Origin: Girardia tigrina
Taxonomy: Eukaryota
NCBI GenBank assembly: GCA_001938485.1
Contig: MQRK01245379.1
Span: 1 to 54,315, forward strand
Direction of reading: 5' to 3'
DNA length: 54,315 nt
In this document: positions 12,986 to 26,669 of the stretch, in pieces
How the letters are laid out: the number at the start of each line of letters is the position of its first letter
How positions within the stretch are numbered: position 1 is the stretch's first letter
Made by a program: the position numbers and the translations under genes
Notes under the pieces: model-generated
What the model was told of the DNA's origin: nothing
Databases searched by the model: none
What the model saw: only the letters and a program-made list of their open reading frames with translations

Positions 12986-13927
12986 TTATATCCATAAACC
13001 TCCCCCGACTGTGATGTATAACTGTGTATTATAAATAGTACTCAGCATTGGCGCACACGGTAGTGAATCATAGACTCTGTATCAGGTAGAAACAATTTGA
13101 CAAATGCAAAGTTTTCTGATCCCCTCACACGGTTTCGGATGCAAGAGTGCGACCTTCGATTCACAGGCACGCTTTGGCTTCACTTTGAAAAATGACCAGT
13201 CATGTTCTTTCGTTCCGTGATTCTGAAGACTTTTGACTGTATTGAAAAATTTGACAAAGAAAATGTTTTTCTTTAAATCAGTTGGAATCGATGATAAATT
13301 AATAAACGTCGATGTAGCTATCCATTAGTTTTATAACTTTTGAAGTAGATCTCCGTGGGACATATGAATGAACAACCACATCTCTGTGTCGTCGACACCG
13401 CGTCATTTGAGTTATTTCTGCTCAGCGAATTCTTTAAAGCAAGAAAGGAATGCACAAGCTAATAGTTTGATACGCGGCTGAAGCGTTTTCGGATATCCTT
13501 TCTCATGCTCGACTACCTCTTTCAGTCTCTCAGATACTGTTTCTTTGATCAGGTGTTTAAATTCCTCATCATTGTCGAGAAGCCCTCTTTCGTTTAGACT
13601 TTCCCTGTATTCTGCCAAATCTGCCGGATCGTTGAATATCCAGAGGTCATCGTGAGCAATGTGCGTTCTCATCATTTGCTTTTTACGGCCGCTTATTCTG
13701 TGATTTTCTGATGCGATCTCCGAGTTTAGAACTCTTCGAACCTTAGTTACACCTTTCCGTGAATTGTATTCATCGAATATTATGCGTCTTTTGGCCAGAA
13801 TCACTCTTGTCCCAGTCAGTCCAATCGTTATGCCCTTATTTGGGATCCTATCTAGTTTAGTCTTCTTGAGAGCTGTCCTCGTGCAGCAATTATGTAACCG
13901 TGCATTGTCCTTCTCAGGAGTTGCCAA
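12986..13927 (-). pseudogene. 314-codon single frame with five internal stops; C-terminal part resembles a Ulp1/C48 peptidase fold
   Basis: ORF 13412-13927 continues in the same frame past the stops: ...QKL*N*WIATSTFINL...IFFVKFFNTVKSL...HDWSFF...KVALLHP...LCICQIVST*YRVYDSL. Motif order is like C48 proteases, but the catalytic HW is not seen. Confidence 0.45.
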
Positions 13928-14114
13928 ACACTCACTACCATAATAGACCGCAGAGAAAATACTATAATATATTTCTAAGTATTATTATTATTTAGTGATC
14001 CCTCATAATAACAAACGTCACTATCTTTTGTTGATGGATCGTGACATTGAGGTCATTGATGTTTTAATCAATCAGGCAGTGTTTTTTAATCTATAAGTTG
14101 TAACCTAATTTCAG

Positions 14115-15195
14115 GTTCTCTTAAAATTATGTGGGATCACATATAGGTAATAAAGAATATGAAGATTCCTGTTTTAATTATTTTGCACATTTTTTAACCT
14201 AATATCTTAGGACCCTAATTTAGGGTAACTCTTATTTTTTCAGTACAAACTCATAACAGAATTATTTATATTATAATAATTTCTACATGCTTAAATAATT
14301 TTTTGTTCCAAATATTTTTAGATACTAAAATGATTGATTGTGAGTTGTCAAAGATTGTGAGACGCTGTTTTATAGAATATTTTTATAATAAAAAAACTGA
14401 ATACGACGAATGAGAATATTTGAACTTAGAATTATAATTGCAACATGCCAAAATGAATCAAACCAAAAAATAAACATTTCGGACGTTGTTTTTTTATACT
14501 ATATGGTGTTATAAATATAAGTAATACTCCTTCTAATTGTAACAGTAGATAGAAAAATTGGATATTTCGGTTATTTAGGCAATTTAAACAATTAAATTCC
14601 AATTTAGTAATTGTATTGAAATAAATTTGAAAAACGAATGACTAATTTACATTATCATCTATACATACATAAAACAGACAAAGAACACTGTGAATAATTA
14701 AATATTTAATATAATCTTAATTAACATCTTTAATGGGGAAACTCGATTTACTGAGATTTTTAACACTATACAGTTCCATTACCCTTTGAATGGTTATAAT
14801 TTTGATTAAAATACCAGTTTATTTGAAAATATACATAAATAATTACTCGCGAAGTAAAATCTATATACGAATCTATGTACAGGGGATAAAAAGAAAACGA
14901 CGCGTTTCGAGATAATAATCCCATCAAAATAATTACTGCATATAAAATTAATATTTAAAAATATAACTCTCACAAGAAAAAAGTATGGAAGTCCCTATTT
15001 TATTTTATCAATGCATTTTGCATTTTAAAATACGTTTACGTATAATACGAAATTAGTTTATTAGTTTACGATTTTATGAATTTTGTTAATAAAAGATTAC
15101 ATGAATTTACATTCCATAGATGTTGTGGGTGTCTTGGAAAAAGTTCAAACAGGCGGCGATCTAATGACAAAGCAAAGGAAGGAAACCGCCATTGA
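14115..15195 (+). CDS. Two candidate terminal exons (14115-14146, 15120-15195) of an unidentified gene
   Basis: tttcag|...ag|gtaata and catag|... join in frame: VLLKLCGITYR-CCGCLGKSSNRRRSNDKAKEGNRH*. Confidence 0.3.
14848..14926 (-). mobile_element. 79-bp 5'-truncated Penelope-like insertion with 11-bp TSD
   Basis: Homologous to about 5354-5422 (gacgcgtttcgagataataat...cccatca). Flanked by the direct repeat aaataattact at 14837-14847 and 14927-14937. Confidence 0.7.
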
Positions 15196-15634
15196 GTATG
15201 ATCTTTTAAGAGAATCTTTTTTTTCTGAATAAAATCATTTTTCAGAATTTAATTTTTATATTTTTTTTCAGGATTAAAACAGGTATTTCTGCAATATCAT
15301 TAACTCTTAAACAATTCTGTGATGCTTATTATTCCAAACAACGCCCAATGTCTCTTTTAACGAATGTGTGATTTTGTTTTTTGTAAAACCGAATGTGTAA
15401 AAACCGTATTTGACTCATTTATTCTGTTTCTGCTTCAATTTTCAAAATATTGTTACTTTATTGTTCTCCAAATTAATTTTTTCATCTTTTCTCCAATTTC
15501 TATTAATAATAGTTCAATTAAATTTTTGGCAGGAATAAGACACCGTCTGGAAATCAATCGATTGTTACACTCACACTCATCAATATATAAATAAATATAC
15601 ATTTGATTCTATGTACAAAAAGCTCGTCCCCCGT

Positions 15635-15665
15635 CGGCACGCGTGCCGCTGTTAGCAGATCAATC
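15635..15665. repeat. 14-bp palindrome cggcacgcgtgccg, likely a hAT terminal remnant
   Basis: Perfect palindrome in an AT-rich context. GGCACGCGTGCC is typical of hAT subtermini. Confidence 0.4.
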
Positions 15666-16308
15666 TCACACCGACTGTCTATTGATAATGATTCCGTTTA
15701 TAAAAAAAACTTAGTAAATATTGTTTTTAAAAAAGCATAATGGTTCCCGATTTTCTGTTTTGTTTTTCACTAAATCGAGAAGATAAAAATCAGAAAAAAA
15801 TGTCATTTGATAAATTTATAATTTTCAATTAGTAAAACACAAATTATTATTATTATTCAGATTATTTCTTTTCGTTTAATTTTTTACATGAATCAAAAAT
15901 AAATTGAGATTTTTTTGTAAATCATTTATAAATAAATAAATTATTTATATTTATAATTATTTTTTTATTGTGCTAAAATTGTGTTTGTAATGGAGGAATA
16001 TGTTTTCATTTTGTTTTGTAATGATATATTGAAAATGGAACGGAATCGATTTGTGTGAAGGATTGAAATGATTTTTGTGAATAAAATAATGTTTTGACAG
16101 GATGATTGTGGTTCGTTGACGATGTTTCAGTATTTCGGCTATTGTACATTTGTGATAGCAGCATGATTTATTCATATTATATTATTTACTTTTATTCGTA
16201 TATATAAACATAGAAATGGATTATTTTACAAAGAGCAACATCAGTGTAATAAGTCTTGTAATTATAATATATAGATAAAGAACAGTGACAACATTTAAAT
16301 CGGATTCT

Positions 16309-16790
16309 TATATATATATATAATATGATTTTCGTAAGTTTGTGTTAATAAAACGTCATTATTTTTCATATTGTTTTTTTCTCTTTTATTTAAAATAAAT
16401 TTTATCGATTAATTTTTTTGAGAAATTAGTTGGAATTATTTTTAATTTTTTACCACGTTTTTATTAGCTTGCTTTCTTGTCTGTTTGTCTGGAACAAATC
16501 TTGCGATTGATTTTTCGACCACTTTCAGTCATCCAATTGAGCTGAATTTTTTTATACAGGCTTGCTTCCGATGACAATACAATTTGATAAAGAAAATTTT
16601 GAAAAAAAATCATTTTTTTGCAAAAAACCACTTACGATTATCTACAAATTTATACACTGTATTAAATAGCAATCTTTTCGTTTATTTTCATGAATGAAGT
16701 TTTATACAGGTTTGCTTCCGATGACAATACAATGTGATAAAAAAAATTTTGAAAAAAAAAATTCCTAAATGATAACTAAAAATAGTTAAA
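16309..16790 (+). mobile_element. Non-autonomous Helitron/Helentron-like fragment with a 150-bp-period internal repeat
   Basis: (TA)n start, tgtctgtttgtc tract and ccaattgagctgaatttt motif. tatacagg.ttgcttccgatgacaatacaat occurs at about 16553 and 16703. Confidence 0.4.
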
Positions 16791-17649
16791 TAATATTATT
16801 AATAAAAAAAATTTTTATAAAAACAACCACGTTTTTCAAGCATTACCAATGCANNNNNNNNNNNNNNNNNNNNNNNNNNNNNNNNNNNNNNNNNNNNNNN
16901 NNNATCGATTGTTACTAAAAAGCAGTAAAGAGAAAATAGCAGTTACTAATAGCAGTAATTCATAAATCCGCCCCACGTTTTTGGTTAGGTATAAAATTTC
17001 TCACATGTCTAGAAAAAAATTATTTTCCTCTTTTTAGTGCATTGGTAATGCTTGAAAAACGTGGTTGTTTTTATAAAAAAAATTTTTTATTAATAATATT
17101 ATATTTGTTTCTTTTATCTCAGTTTTTCTTATGAAAGTCGTATTGAGGTCGTACTGTTCAGAGTGACAAATATTATATTATAAAGATTCTATTTTTATCG
17201 ATTCTTGGACTTATTGAATAAGAAAATTTCCAATGTTTCGTTTCGTATCGTATTGAAACTGAAAATTATTTTTGTATTTTTCAACTATATACAAAGTCAA
17301 AAGTAATAAAATGTTTGAAGTCTTGCGAAAATTGTAGGATATCTAATACCAGAAAAAGACCCGTCATATATGCCGGTTGAGCTGAATTTTAGTTTTTGAA
17401 AGTTTCTGTTTAAATTTTTTAAATAGTAATTATTATAATTTATTAAATATGGTTTCGAATTTAGTGTTGATTTAATAGTCGGTCGGTTTCTTCGGCTTCC
17501 CGGTACCTTCCGGTTAAGGTACTGCATCGACAGAATCGTCTCGATACGGGCTATCCAAAGATTGATCATTGATAAAATAAATTAACTAAAAAAACGAATT
17601 ATTTTTTAAATTCAATTACTTCTTCGGTCTTCTTGGGTGTTACGGTTAG

Positions 17650-19698
17650 TTACAATGTTTCCATCACAGTGACCATACTTAATTGATATTCGTTTTTTTC
17701 TCTTTGTTTTACGCATTTTCTTACGTTTATCTTCGTTTCTATATCTAGTTTCTGGAGCTTTAATTTTGGCTTTGTTTCAAATTTTTCAAAATTTTCTTTT
17801 TGCAAACAAATATACTCATGCAATGTTTTTAACAACTGCACTGCTGTACCAAGTTCCAAGTTTCATTTTTGAAGATATAAGTTGGTTTTATTTATGTTCT
17901 GAAAAATATTGTTCTACATTTCAATTAGAAACACCGTTTCAAAAAATGAAAAATGTCGCAAAAGATCATTTGCTTCACGCCGTGTTTCTAGTTTTTGATC
18001 ATCACCTGCAAGACATGTTAAAGCTTCTATTATATTGTTGTATCCATCTGACAGAGCTTTAATTGCATCTGTTTTAGCTGACCATCTAGTTTGTGAGAGC
18101 GATTTTAAAAGTAAATTTTTGGATCCCAAACAACGTTTCATAACTGCCCATCTAGATGTAGATGAACTAAAGAAATTTGATAATTTCTGCAAAAAGCAAA
18201 AAAAATTAACAGTGTCGACATGACATTCAACAGCTGAAGTTCCAATTAAATTTAGGGAATGAGCAGCACATGGTATGAAGTGTGCTTATGGATTGATTTC
18301 CCTAATTTTAGCTTGCATACCATTGTATCTACCCGACATCTTTACTGCATTGTCGTATGACTGTCCTCGAGAATTTGATATATCTACACCATTTTCGTTT
18401 AAAAAACATAACAAGGTATTTGTTAATGTTTCTCCAGTATATTTTTCCAAAGGCAAAAACTTCAAAAACCTCTCCTTAGCTTGATGGTATGATTTTTCAA
18501 CGTATTGTATGATAACAGTCAGTTGATCGACGTGACTAAGATCTGGAGTAGAATCAACAGAAACAGAAATGTCTTTGCTCCTTAATTTCTTTTGCAATAA
18601 TTTTTAGCAATTTAGCTGGATAAATTCTTCGCATATTGTGGATGACAAGTACGATGCTCTGCCTTTTCCCTGATTGCCGTATTTATCAATATGGTTACTT
18701 AATAATGGATCAAACTGACTTAATAGTTGAAGAACTCCTAAATAATTACCATTTTGGGAAGAATTTATCAACTCATGATTTCCCCGAAATGCCAGTCCTC
18801 GTTCTGCTAAAAACTTTATGACTGCAACAATTCTTTTTAGAATATTACGCCAATAATCCCCTTTTTTGTAAATTCTAATTCCATTTGACCGTCTATTGTA
18901 CCAGCATATTGTTGTCTTGTAGCCAAAGTTAACATGGCATCTCTATGACATTGACTATTTTCATGCTGAGAAATGCATGCTGTCGAATGATTCCAGTCGC
19001 TAAATCCATCGTCAGAAACAAATGCAGAATTTGAATTTGACTTGAATAGTCGACAAGCAAAGCAAAATATACTTCCATTTGAAGGTGAATAAAGCAGCCA
19101 CGAACGTAAAATTTTTTCACCAGATACATGTTTTCTGTATAAATTACATCGTGAAAATTTTCGCTTTCTACCATAGGGATAAATTCTTTCCGAAGCTTCG
19201 AAATCATCATCATAATGTTGGCAATCATTTGAACCTTTTCTAAGCCAAAATTCACGAATATTATCAGAAATGTTAGTCCACAATGTACAGTCATTACTAA
19301 ATTAAATTTTTGTAAAGTCATGAACATCCTGTGAAGATTCTTCAATATTCAAATAGATGTTTTGATTTTCAACCTCAGTCGCTTCAGCCACTTAACTAAC
19401 TTGAGGATCAATTAAATGAATTTCACCACTATTGTCTTTTTCATGAATTCCTTCAGAGCTAAATAACATTTCAACTTCTTCGGAAGCTACGTTTAATTTT
19501 TGAGAATATGAAGAAAGCATATCAGTTTCTCTGACGCTCATATCCGATTCCGACTGATAGTTAACAGTGTTCGTTGTTACAGTAAATTCCAATTTAAACA
19601 AATTCATGTTCTGACTGTTAACTAATTCTTTTTTCTTTCTGTTTAATTTTTCACTTACGTTTCAGCGCTCCACTTAGATAAACACGCTTGTCTGACAT
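17650..19698 (-). mobile_element. hAT transposase pseudogene (ZMYM1/DUF4371 type with TTF zinc finger), 3'-truncated
   Basis: WLLYSPSNGSIFCFACRLF...GFSDW...HENSQCH, DSTPDLSHVDQL, RGQSYDNA, PCAAHSLNL and TRWSA across frameshifted ORFs. Confidence 0.93.
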
Positions 19699-19857
19699 TT
19701 TTTATTTCCGATTGATCGATTATCGATAAATATTTTTAATTAAATTTTTGTAATATTAATGTGATTTATCTATTTAATTAATATTTTCTCTTGCTAATAA
19801 GAACTAGTGATGATGTCATGACATGACGTATTTATTTTTTAAATAAAAAATCACATA

Positions 19858-21039
19858 CTACGGAGTCAGTTAGGGGAAAATCGGAAAAGAAACTTCTTAT
19901 TAGTCGTTAATATAATGTTTATGATCTTTTAGAAAAATCATGGAAATTTTTGAAATTCGTGTTCTTTTACGCCATTACTGGAAACATGGCTTAAACGCAA
20001 CTGCAGCAACATAGAAGATATGCGAAATTGAAGGTGATAATGTGGTCTAAAATCGTACTGCACAAAATTTGTTCAAAAGGTTCAATGAAGGCGCCATTGA
20101 CCTCGGAGACAATGCACGTTCAGGTCGACCTTTCACCGTAGATTCCGGAGCAATTCGTGAAGCCGTGGAGACAAATCCGTCAATAAATATTCGAAGATTG
20201 TCGGCCGAATTCGATATTCCTCAAACATCCATTGTACGATACCTTCACGCTCTTGGCAAGGTCAGTAGACGATTTCGAGAAGTACCTCATAAATTGACTC
20301 AAATTCAAGCCGAAAAGCGTTTCGAAACTTGTCAAAAATTGCTTGAAAATCCGCGCGATGACCGTTTCATCCGTCGAATTTTAACTTACGATGAAAAGTG
20401 GGTTTACGTCAGTTATCCAGACCAACAAAATCAATGGTTGGACCCCGGACAAATAGCGAAACCGGTAGCGGAACGAGATCGTTTCTCAAGGAAGGCACTT
20501 TTGTGTGTTTGGTGGAATTTCGAGGCGTGATTCACTTCGACCTGGTTCCAAATGGTCGTACCATCGACGCTGACCTTTACAACACCCAACTTGATCGAAT
20601 GTATGCGGAACTTGGCGAGAAATACCCCGCTTTGATCAATCGAAAGCGAGTTCTTCTACAACAGGACAATGCAAAACCGCACACTGCCAAACAAACAAAG
20701 GAAAAAATCAAAAATCTCGACGCCTTTGAACTTCTTCCACATCCAGCGTATAGTCCGGATCTTGCGCCATCCAACTATCACCTTTTCCTCTCTATGGCAC
20801 ACTTTCTTCGTGGTCGCAGCTTCAATAATCTTGCCGAGGTCGAAAACAGGTGTCACCAGTTCTTCACTTCTAAGCACAAGGATTGGTACTGCAGCGGGAT
20901 CGCACAACTTGCCCATAGATGGGTTCAAGCTATAGATTCAAATGGCCTTTACTTTGAAACTTAAATGTTTTTTTATTTGTTGTAAAATTATGTTTAAATT
21001 TTTAATAAAAAATACGAAAAGACTTTTGGTTCACCCTAG
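19858..21039 (+). mobile_element. Mariner, near full length, frameshifted
   Basis: Transposase about 19940-20964 with EVPHKL, TYDEKW, QQDNAKPH and YSPDLAPSN. Right TIR gacttttggttcaccctag followed by TA; left TIR decayed. Confidence 0.93.
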
Positions 21040-21279
21040 TATTACAAATAAAGATTTAGTAGTTTTAAAAATTGAAATACAAGGTTATTACAAAGTTACG
21101 CAGGATTTTAAATGTTAATAACTCGTATACAACCAATAATGATAAAGAAAAGTTTTGATTGATTGATGTCATAAACATGTGAGTTTTATTTACTTACAAT
21201 TGTCATTATTTCCATTATTTCTGTACCTTACGAAGTACGATAATAGATCTACATGTGTCAAACTAGTTGCCCGCTACTA

Positions 21280-22370
21280 CAGGGTTGTCAACTAAGTTTT
21301 TTCCAATGCATTTGTCGTTGTATCTGGAGATCTATAACCGCTAAGAAATCTAAGTTGTGCATATTGTGCATATAAAATCTAAGTGTACATATTGTATGAT
21401 TAATACACATTATAACTATCAAAAGTTTATTAATATTTATTTCAGTTTACATAATAAAAAATGCAATAAATTAAAAATTGTTTACTTATAGTAATTTGAT
21501 ATTACAATATTTTTGCCATCTTTCAAAGTAAACTATGAATTTCAACAGAGGAGACGTGTGCAAGCTTATTTTCTATTGTTGGAAGCGTAAATTATCAGCT
21601 GTAGACATTGCAAAAGAGATAAACAACACACTGGGAGAAGGAATAACTACATCACGTACATGTTCAAACTGGGTAAAGAAATTCGAGAACGGTAACTTCG
21701 AGGTAAATGAAAAAGTTTACAGTGGGCGACCTTCTTATGAGGTGGCTGCAGATATAGAATGAATTCTAGAGGAAAACAAATTTTCCACAATGAGATTCAT
21801 TGGTCAAGAAATTGGAATTAGCCACGAAGCAGTGCGTCAGAATCTCATGAAAATGAACAAACGTTACCTCGCCAACGTGTGGGTTCGACATGTTTTAACA
21901 GAAGTTGCTAAGGAAAAGAGAATGTCTGTGTGTGAAAAACTGCTTGCTATGTACCGCAGCAAAATTTTCTTGTACCGTATAGTGACTGTGGATGAGATGT
22001 GGGTATTCTGGCAGAATACATCCTCATACACTCACAAATCTTGGCGTGGAAGTGGCGATGAGCCTGCTACAGAATACAAAGTGAGGTTAACTACGAGGAA
22101 GCATCTGGCTACCGTCTTCTAGGATTCGAAAGATGCGATCTCTATAGATGTGTTAGAAAATGAAAAAACCATGCTAGCAACATACTACTGCAGTTTGCTA
22201 GAAAAGCTGAAGACAGATATCCTGGTAAAACGACGACGGAAAACCACAGACGGTTTTCTGTTCCTTCTTCAGGACAACGCATGTCCACATACGGTACATC
22301 TCACCCAGGCCAAGATTGCCGAAATGCATTTAAACATCCTGCCACATCCCCATATTCACCGGATCTGGCT
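21280..22370 (+). mobile_element. Mariner, 3'-truncated
   Basis: TA-cagggttgtcaactaag end. Transposase from 21535 with WVRHVL, VTVDEMW and LQDNACPH, ending just after YSPDLA. Confidence 0.9.
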
Positions 22371-23885
22371 ATGGAATTCGGAAAGAAAGACACTGTTTTA
22401 TTATTGTCAAAGAAAATTTTAATAAAAGATAATATATTTTTAATATATTTTTAAAAGGCCAGAATGATAACTTGATGTGAGTTTTATAAAAAGGAAGGAC
22501 AAGCGTCGATCTCAGACTAGAGTCGTATATTGAGCCCAGGAGTCATTAGCAGCATCATGTAAAACCACAATTGCGAGCAAAATCGTCCCACGACCATTGC
22601 CAAATCTTAATATAATCTCTCACAAAGGGTCACCCGCGAAAACGCCTTTTAAAAAGGTTGTCAAAGGCACAAATCTCTTGTTTTGTCGGGTAGGTTTTAA
22701 TATCAGCCTGTTTAACAGTACTTACAAGACCTTAGACACAAATTTATTGGTTTTGGAAGGCTAAGGATCAGGTTGTACAAAAAGAACCCATGAAAATCAT
22801 AAAAAGAAGACCAGTTCTTACACGTTAGCCTTGTGAGTAACCCAAACCAATAATATGCATGTTATTGAAAGAAAATCAAATCAATGTGCTAGCGACTTTG
22901 GAGATTATTGATATCGCGGAAAGCACTTATTACTATCTTAAATACTTATTAATATCTTAAATAAAAGGCCTCCGGTGCAAGATAACATAACACAACCCCC
23001 GTAAGGGTTGAAAATTTGTTTGTTAATTAAAAGAACATTTTAAATAAAACTATCAAAACCGATCCGGGAAATCCGGTATAGTACCACTTATCTCGAAAAA
23101 GGGGATAATTAATAAAAGCACTTTTAAATAAACAATGCTTTGCCTCTTTAAAAAAATACAATCATCATTTTGTATATATTACATTATAATGACACGTATC
23201 AAAACAAAGCAAAGTTTTTGAAATTTCCTTTTTAACTTTTAAAGTTATATTTTAATCAGTTAAAATATTTATTTATATAGTTCTAAAATATTCTGATTGT
23301 TTCGATTTTAATACATCAATTCAACTAATGTACGACTTGATAACACTCTCTCATAAAACAGTCATGATCATCGATTGTTGGTTCAACAAACATTTTAAAT
23401 AATAAAACATACGCTAGAATATAATTTATAGCTAAGCAGCGCTTAATAAAACACATTAAATCTTTCTATTTAAAAAACTGAAAGACTGTTTCTTAAATGT
23501 CTATCTATCACAGATTGTCATTCCAAACCTGAAAAAAATTCATTAAATAAGTATTAATAAAGAACCTTATTTTACTTAAAACATTTTTTTAAGATTCGCA
23601 TGAAATTTTTGAATAATAGATTACATTTAATACATAATAATTACACAGGGTTTGGCATTAATCTCTACGAGCTGAAGAAAGCTAATAACTATGGTAAAAA
23701 ATTTAATCAATAAAGCGCATTACAAAGGAGTTTAATTGTCATATGGTTTAGCTTGCAATATGGCATCTCTAAATGACATCCGAGCATTATGGAGACAACC
23801 ATATTGATCAGAATTGATGTACCCTTGATCCTGGAATCACTGGAAGTAATTTCCTGTTGGTATAAGTCTTGTCTGTAGCGTCATA

Positions 23886-25132
23886 AGGACTGAGTACGAA
23901 AAATATTACTAACTTTAAATCTCTACAACCCCAACATAAATTCAAAAATTACAAAAAAACTAATCAAGTAGGCTGTTGTTTGAATAAATCAAAGTAAAAT
24001 TCATTTTAGTACTCATTTTTCAATTTAATTTTTCATATGTCGTCAGAAACAAGAATTCGTGAATTAATTATTCGTTTATTTCAAGAAAATCCACAATCAA
24101 GGCAGAAAATAATTGCCAGAAAAGCAAAGGTTTGTCAGAAAACAGTTTCTAACGTTATTAAAAATTTCAAAGACAACTTGAACGTTTTTAGAAAAATTGG
24201 TTCGGGAAGAAGAAAGGGTTTTTCGTGTACACAGAATGTGAAGAAAGTAAAGGCTCTGTTAGAGAGAAATCCTCGTTTATCAAATCGAAAACTGGCGGTT
24301 AAGGCGAATTGTACCAAAAATACAGTTCGGAAAATTAAACAGTCTGTAGATTTAAAAATGTATAAAGTTCAAACAGTACCAGACCGGAACGCTAACAAGA
24401 ACGTAAAGGCACAGCAGTGAGCCAGAAAGTTGAAATCTAGTTTTCTTGCGAAGAAAAAATGTTACATCATGGATGATAAGACTTTGGTGCTCTGCAAGAA
24501 TTTTACTCTGCAACTAAGAGAGGAGTTGAAGAAAAATTTAGAAGCAAGAAAAAACCTAAGTTTCCAGAAAAATTTCTTGTTTGGCCGGCTATATGTGGAT
24601 GCGTGAAAAGGAGTAAATACTTTATCACATCTGGCATAATAAACACAGAAGTCTATGTGAAGAAGTTTTTGCAAAAGCAATTATTACCATTCATAAGTCA
24701 GCACGGAGGTCTTACTTTCTTTTAGCCGGATTTGGCAACGTGCCACTATGGTAACGCAGCCAAGAAGTGGTACGAAGACAATAACATCGATTTGGTACAA
24801 AGGGAGGCAAACCCACCAAATTGTCCAGAGCTTCGCCAAATCGAAAGATATTGGGCCCTGGTAAAAAGGCAATTAAGACGACAAACAAGAGGGCACATAC
24901 AATTGCAGATTTTCGGAACAAGTGAATAATGCAGCCAAATACGTGACAAAAACTACTATTGCAAGTCTAATAGCAGGTATTCCGGAAAAGCTCGCAGAAT
25001 TTATTTAAAAAAATAAATAATCTTTCTTAGCTTACTAAAATTATTTTGAATTAAACAAATTTTTCAAAACAGTCGGTATTTATTCACTCAAAAATATGGT
25101 TTTGAAGATAGAGGATTTTAAAGTTAGTAATT
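23886..25132 (+). mobile_element. ITm DD37E-family transposon, decayed
   Basis: Inverted motif attactaactttaaa at both ends. IMDD and PDLATCHY...NPPNCPELRQIERYW, with 37 residues between D and E. Confidence 0.88.
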
Positions 25133-25399
25133 ATGAGAAGGTAATTAATTTTTGGTTCGCTGATCAAAATTTAAATAGTTTTGAAAAAGATTATTGTGAA
25201 TTAAAATCAAATTGAAAATTTTAAAAATTAATTTGGATTAAAAAAAAACATTCTTAATTAAAAAACAATCATTAAAAAACATTAGTTAAAAAACATTCTT
25301 TGTTAAAAAATTTTATTTATATTTTTAAAAATATATTTTCTAATTTTGAAATAATTTAATGATATGATTAAAAGATTAAATATTTAAAAAATAAATATG

Positions 25400-26412
25400 A
25401 AAGTAAAGTGGATTTTCTGATCCCCAAATTCTACAATTTTGCTTATTAACGTATCCTTCCATTTGAAAGTGCGCTTCATCTGAAAACAAAATCTTTCCGA
25501 AATCAATATCGTTATTTTCTGCCATTGTCGACATTTGATTTGCAAATTCCAAACGTCTTTCACCAGAAAGTTGATTTATGGGTTGATTGGTTTGAATCTT
25601 GTATGGAAATAACGACAATTTTTTCTTCATAATTCTTTGTACCGATGATTTGCTGATGTCCATTTGCTTGATTGCCAATCTAATCGATGTTGAAGGGCTT
25701 TGCTTGATCAATTCCTCAACTTTCTTAATATTTTCTTCGATAATAACCGTATTTTTCTTCGTTTGCATCCCTTCTTTGTCGTCCATTATGCTACCAGTAG
25801 TCACAAAATTTGTCAAATACTCTAAAATAATGATAAAAATAGTTTAATTCATTTTAAATGCCTTTACTAACATTTTAATTGTCCTTGGATTTACAAACTT
25901 TTTCTTGAATAATTTAACCGCTTCTGATGGTGAATTCGTATCTCGATAAAATAAAACCATAAAACATCGTTGTTCTGTAGATTATCGGTTAATTTTCGCT
26001 GAATAAAGATGAAACTTGAGCACTATCGAAACTAAAACACACTCTAAATAAACAATATGGATTCTAATGATCAAAATTTAATTACAAATTGATCGATTTA
26101 TTGTTTTAATCGATGAAATAAATTTAAATATACATAAATCAAAATTTTTTAAACTTATTATTTTTTGAATAACTTTGTTATTGTTCATTTTAGGGCATAT
26201 GTTTACTTCAAAAAAGTTGTTTAAAATTGAATAATCTATAAAATGAGTCATTATTTAACTTGTTTTTCCAAAATTTTTTGAAAAACTTTGTTACATAATT
26301 TGTTATATGATGCTAGATTTTTCAAAAAAATTTTTATTAGTCAATATACAATATACCCTAAACTTCAATTTAACATTAAAATTAGCGAAGGCATACCCTG
26401 TGGGACACCCTG
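25400..26412 (-). mobile_element. Tc1/mariner of the DD41D (rosa)-like group, 5' half only
   Basis: PYKIQ...FSDEAHF...GYVNKQNCRIWGSENP. Terminus cagggtgtccc with TA at 26412. Confidence 0.85.
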
Positions 26413-26423
26413 TACTCGAATTA

Positions 26424-26669
26424 TAGGCTGTGTCGTAAAAAAACGGCGTTTTTTAAATACGTGTATTAATATAAACACTATAGATAATCCTCTTTTCGCC
26501 AGAATATATCGTACGTCCATACAGATATGTTCAACAGCGCCTTGCATCCTCTCTCCATGAAATGTCGGCAAGTGGTGTCGAAGAAATATTAGAGAAATAC
26601 AGTCCATATTAGAGAAAACCAGACTATACGATGATTCAGAGAAAACGCCGTTTTTTACGACACAGGTTA
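26424..26669. mobile_element. Mariner-type MITE (246 bp)
   Basis: About 29-bp TIRs taggctgtgtcgtaaaaaaacggcgtttt / aaaacgccgttttttacgacacaggtta with TA TSD. Confidence 0.85.

Noticed and set aside
15120-15370. Alternative frame DVVGVLEKVQ... resembling an RPA OB-fold
   Set aside because: Weak; the key LWG motif is absent and the other frame fits the upstream exon.
16790-17102. About 63-bp near-perfect inverted repeat flanking a 50-N gap
   Set aside because: It abuts a scaffold gap, so it is probably a mis-join or contig overlap and cannot be trusted without reads.
22490-23110. GC-richer patch sharing aaa(g)cctacccgacaa with about 45776-45794, plus a small hairpin caaccc/gggttg
   Set aside because: The match is only about 18 bp around a splice donor, not enough to call homology.
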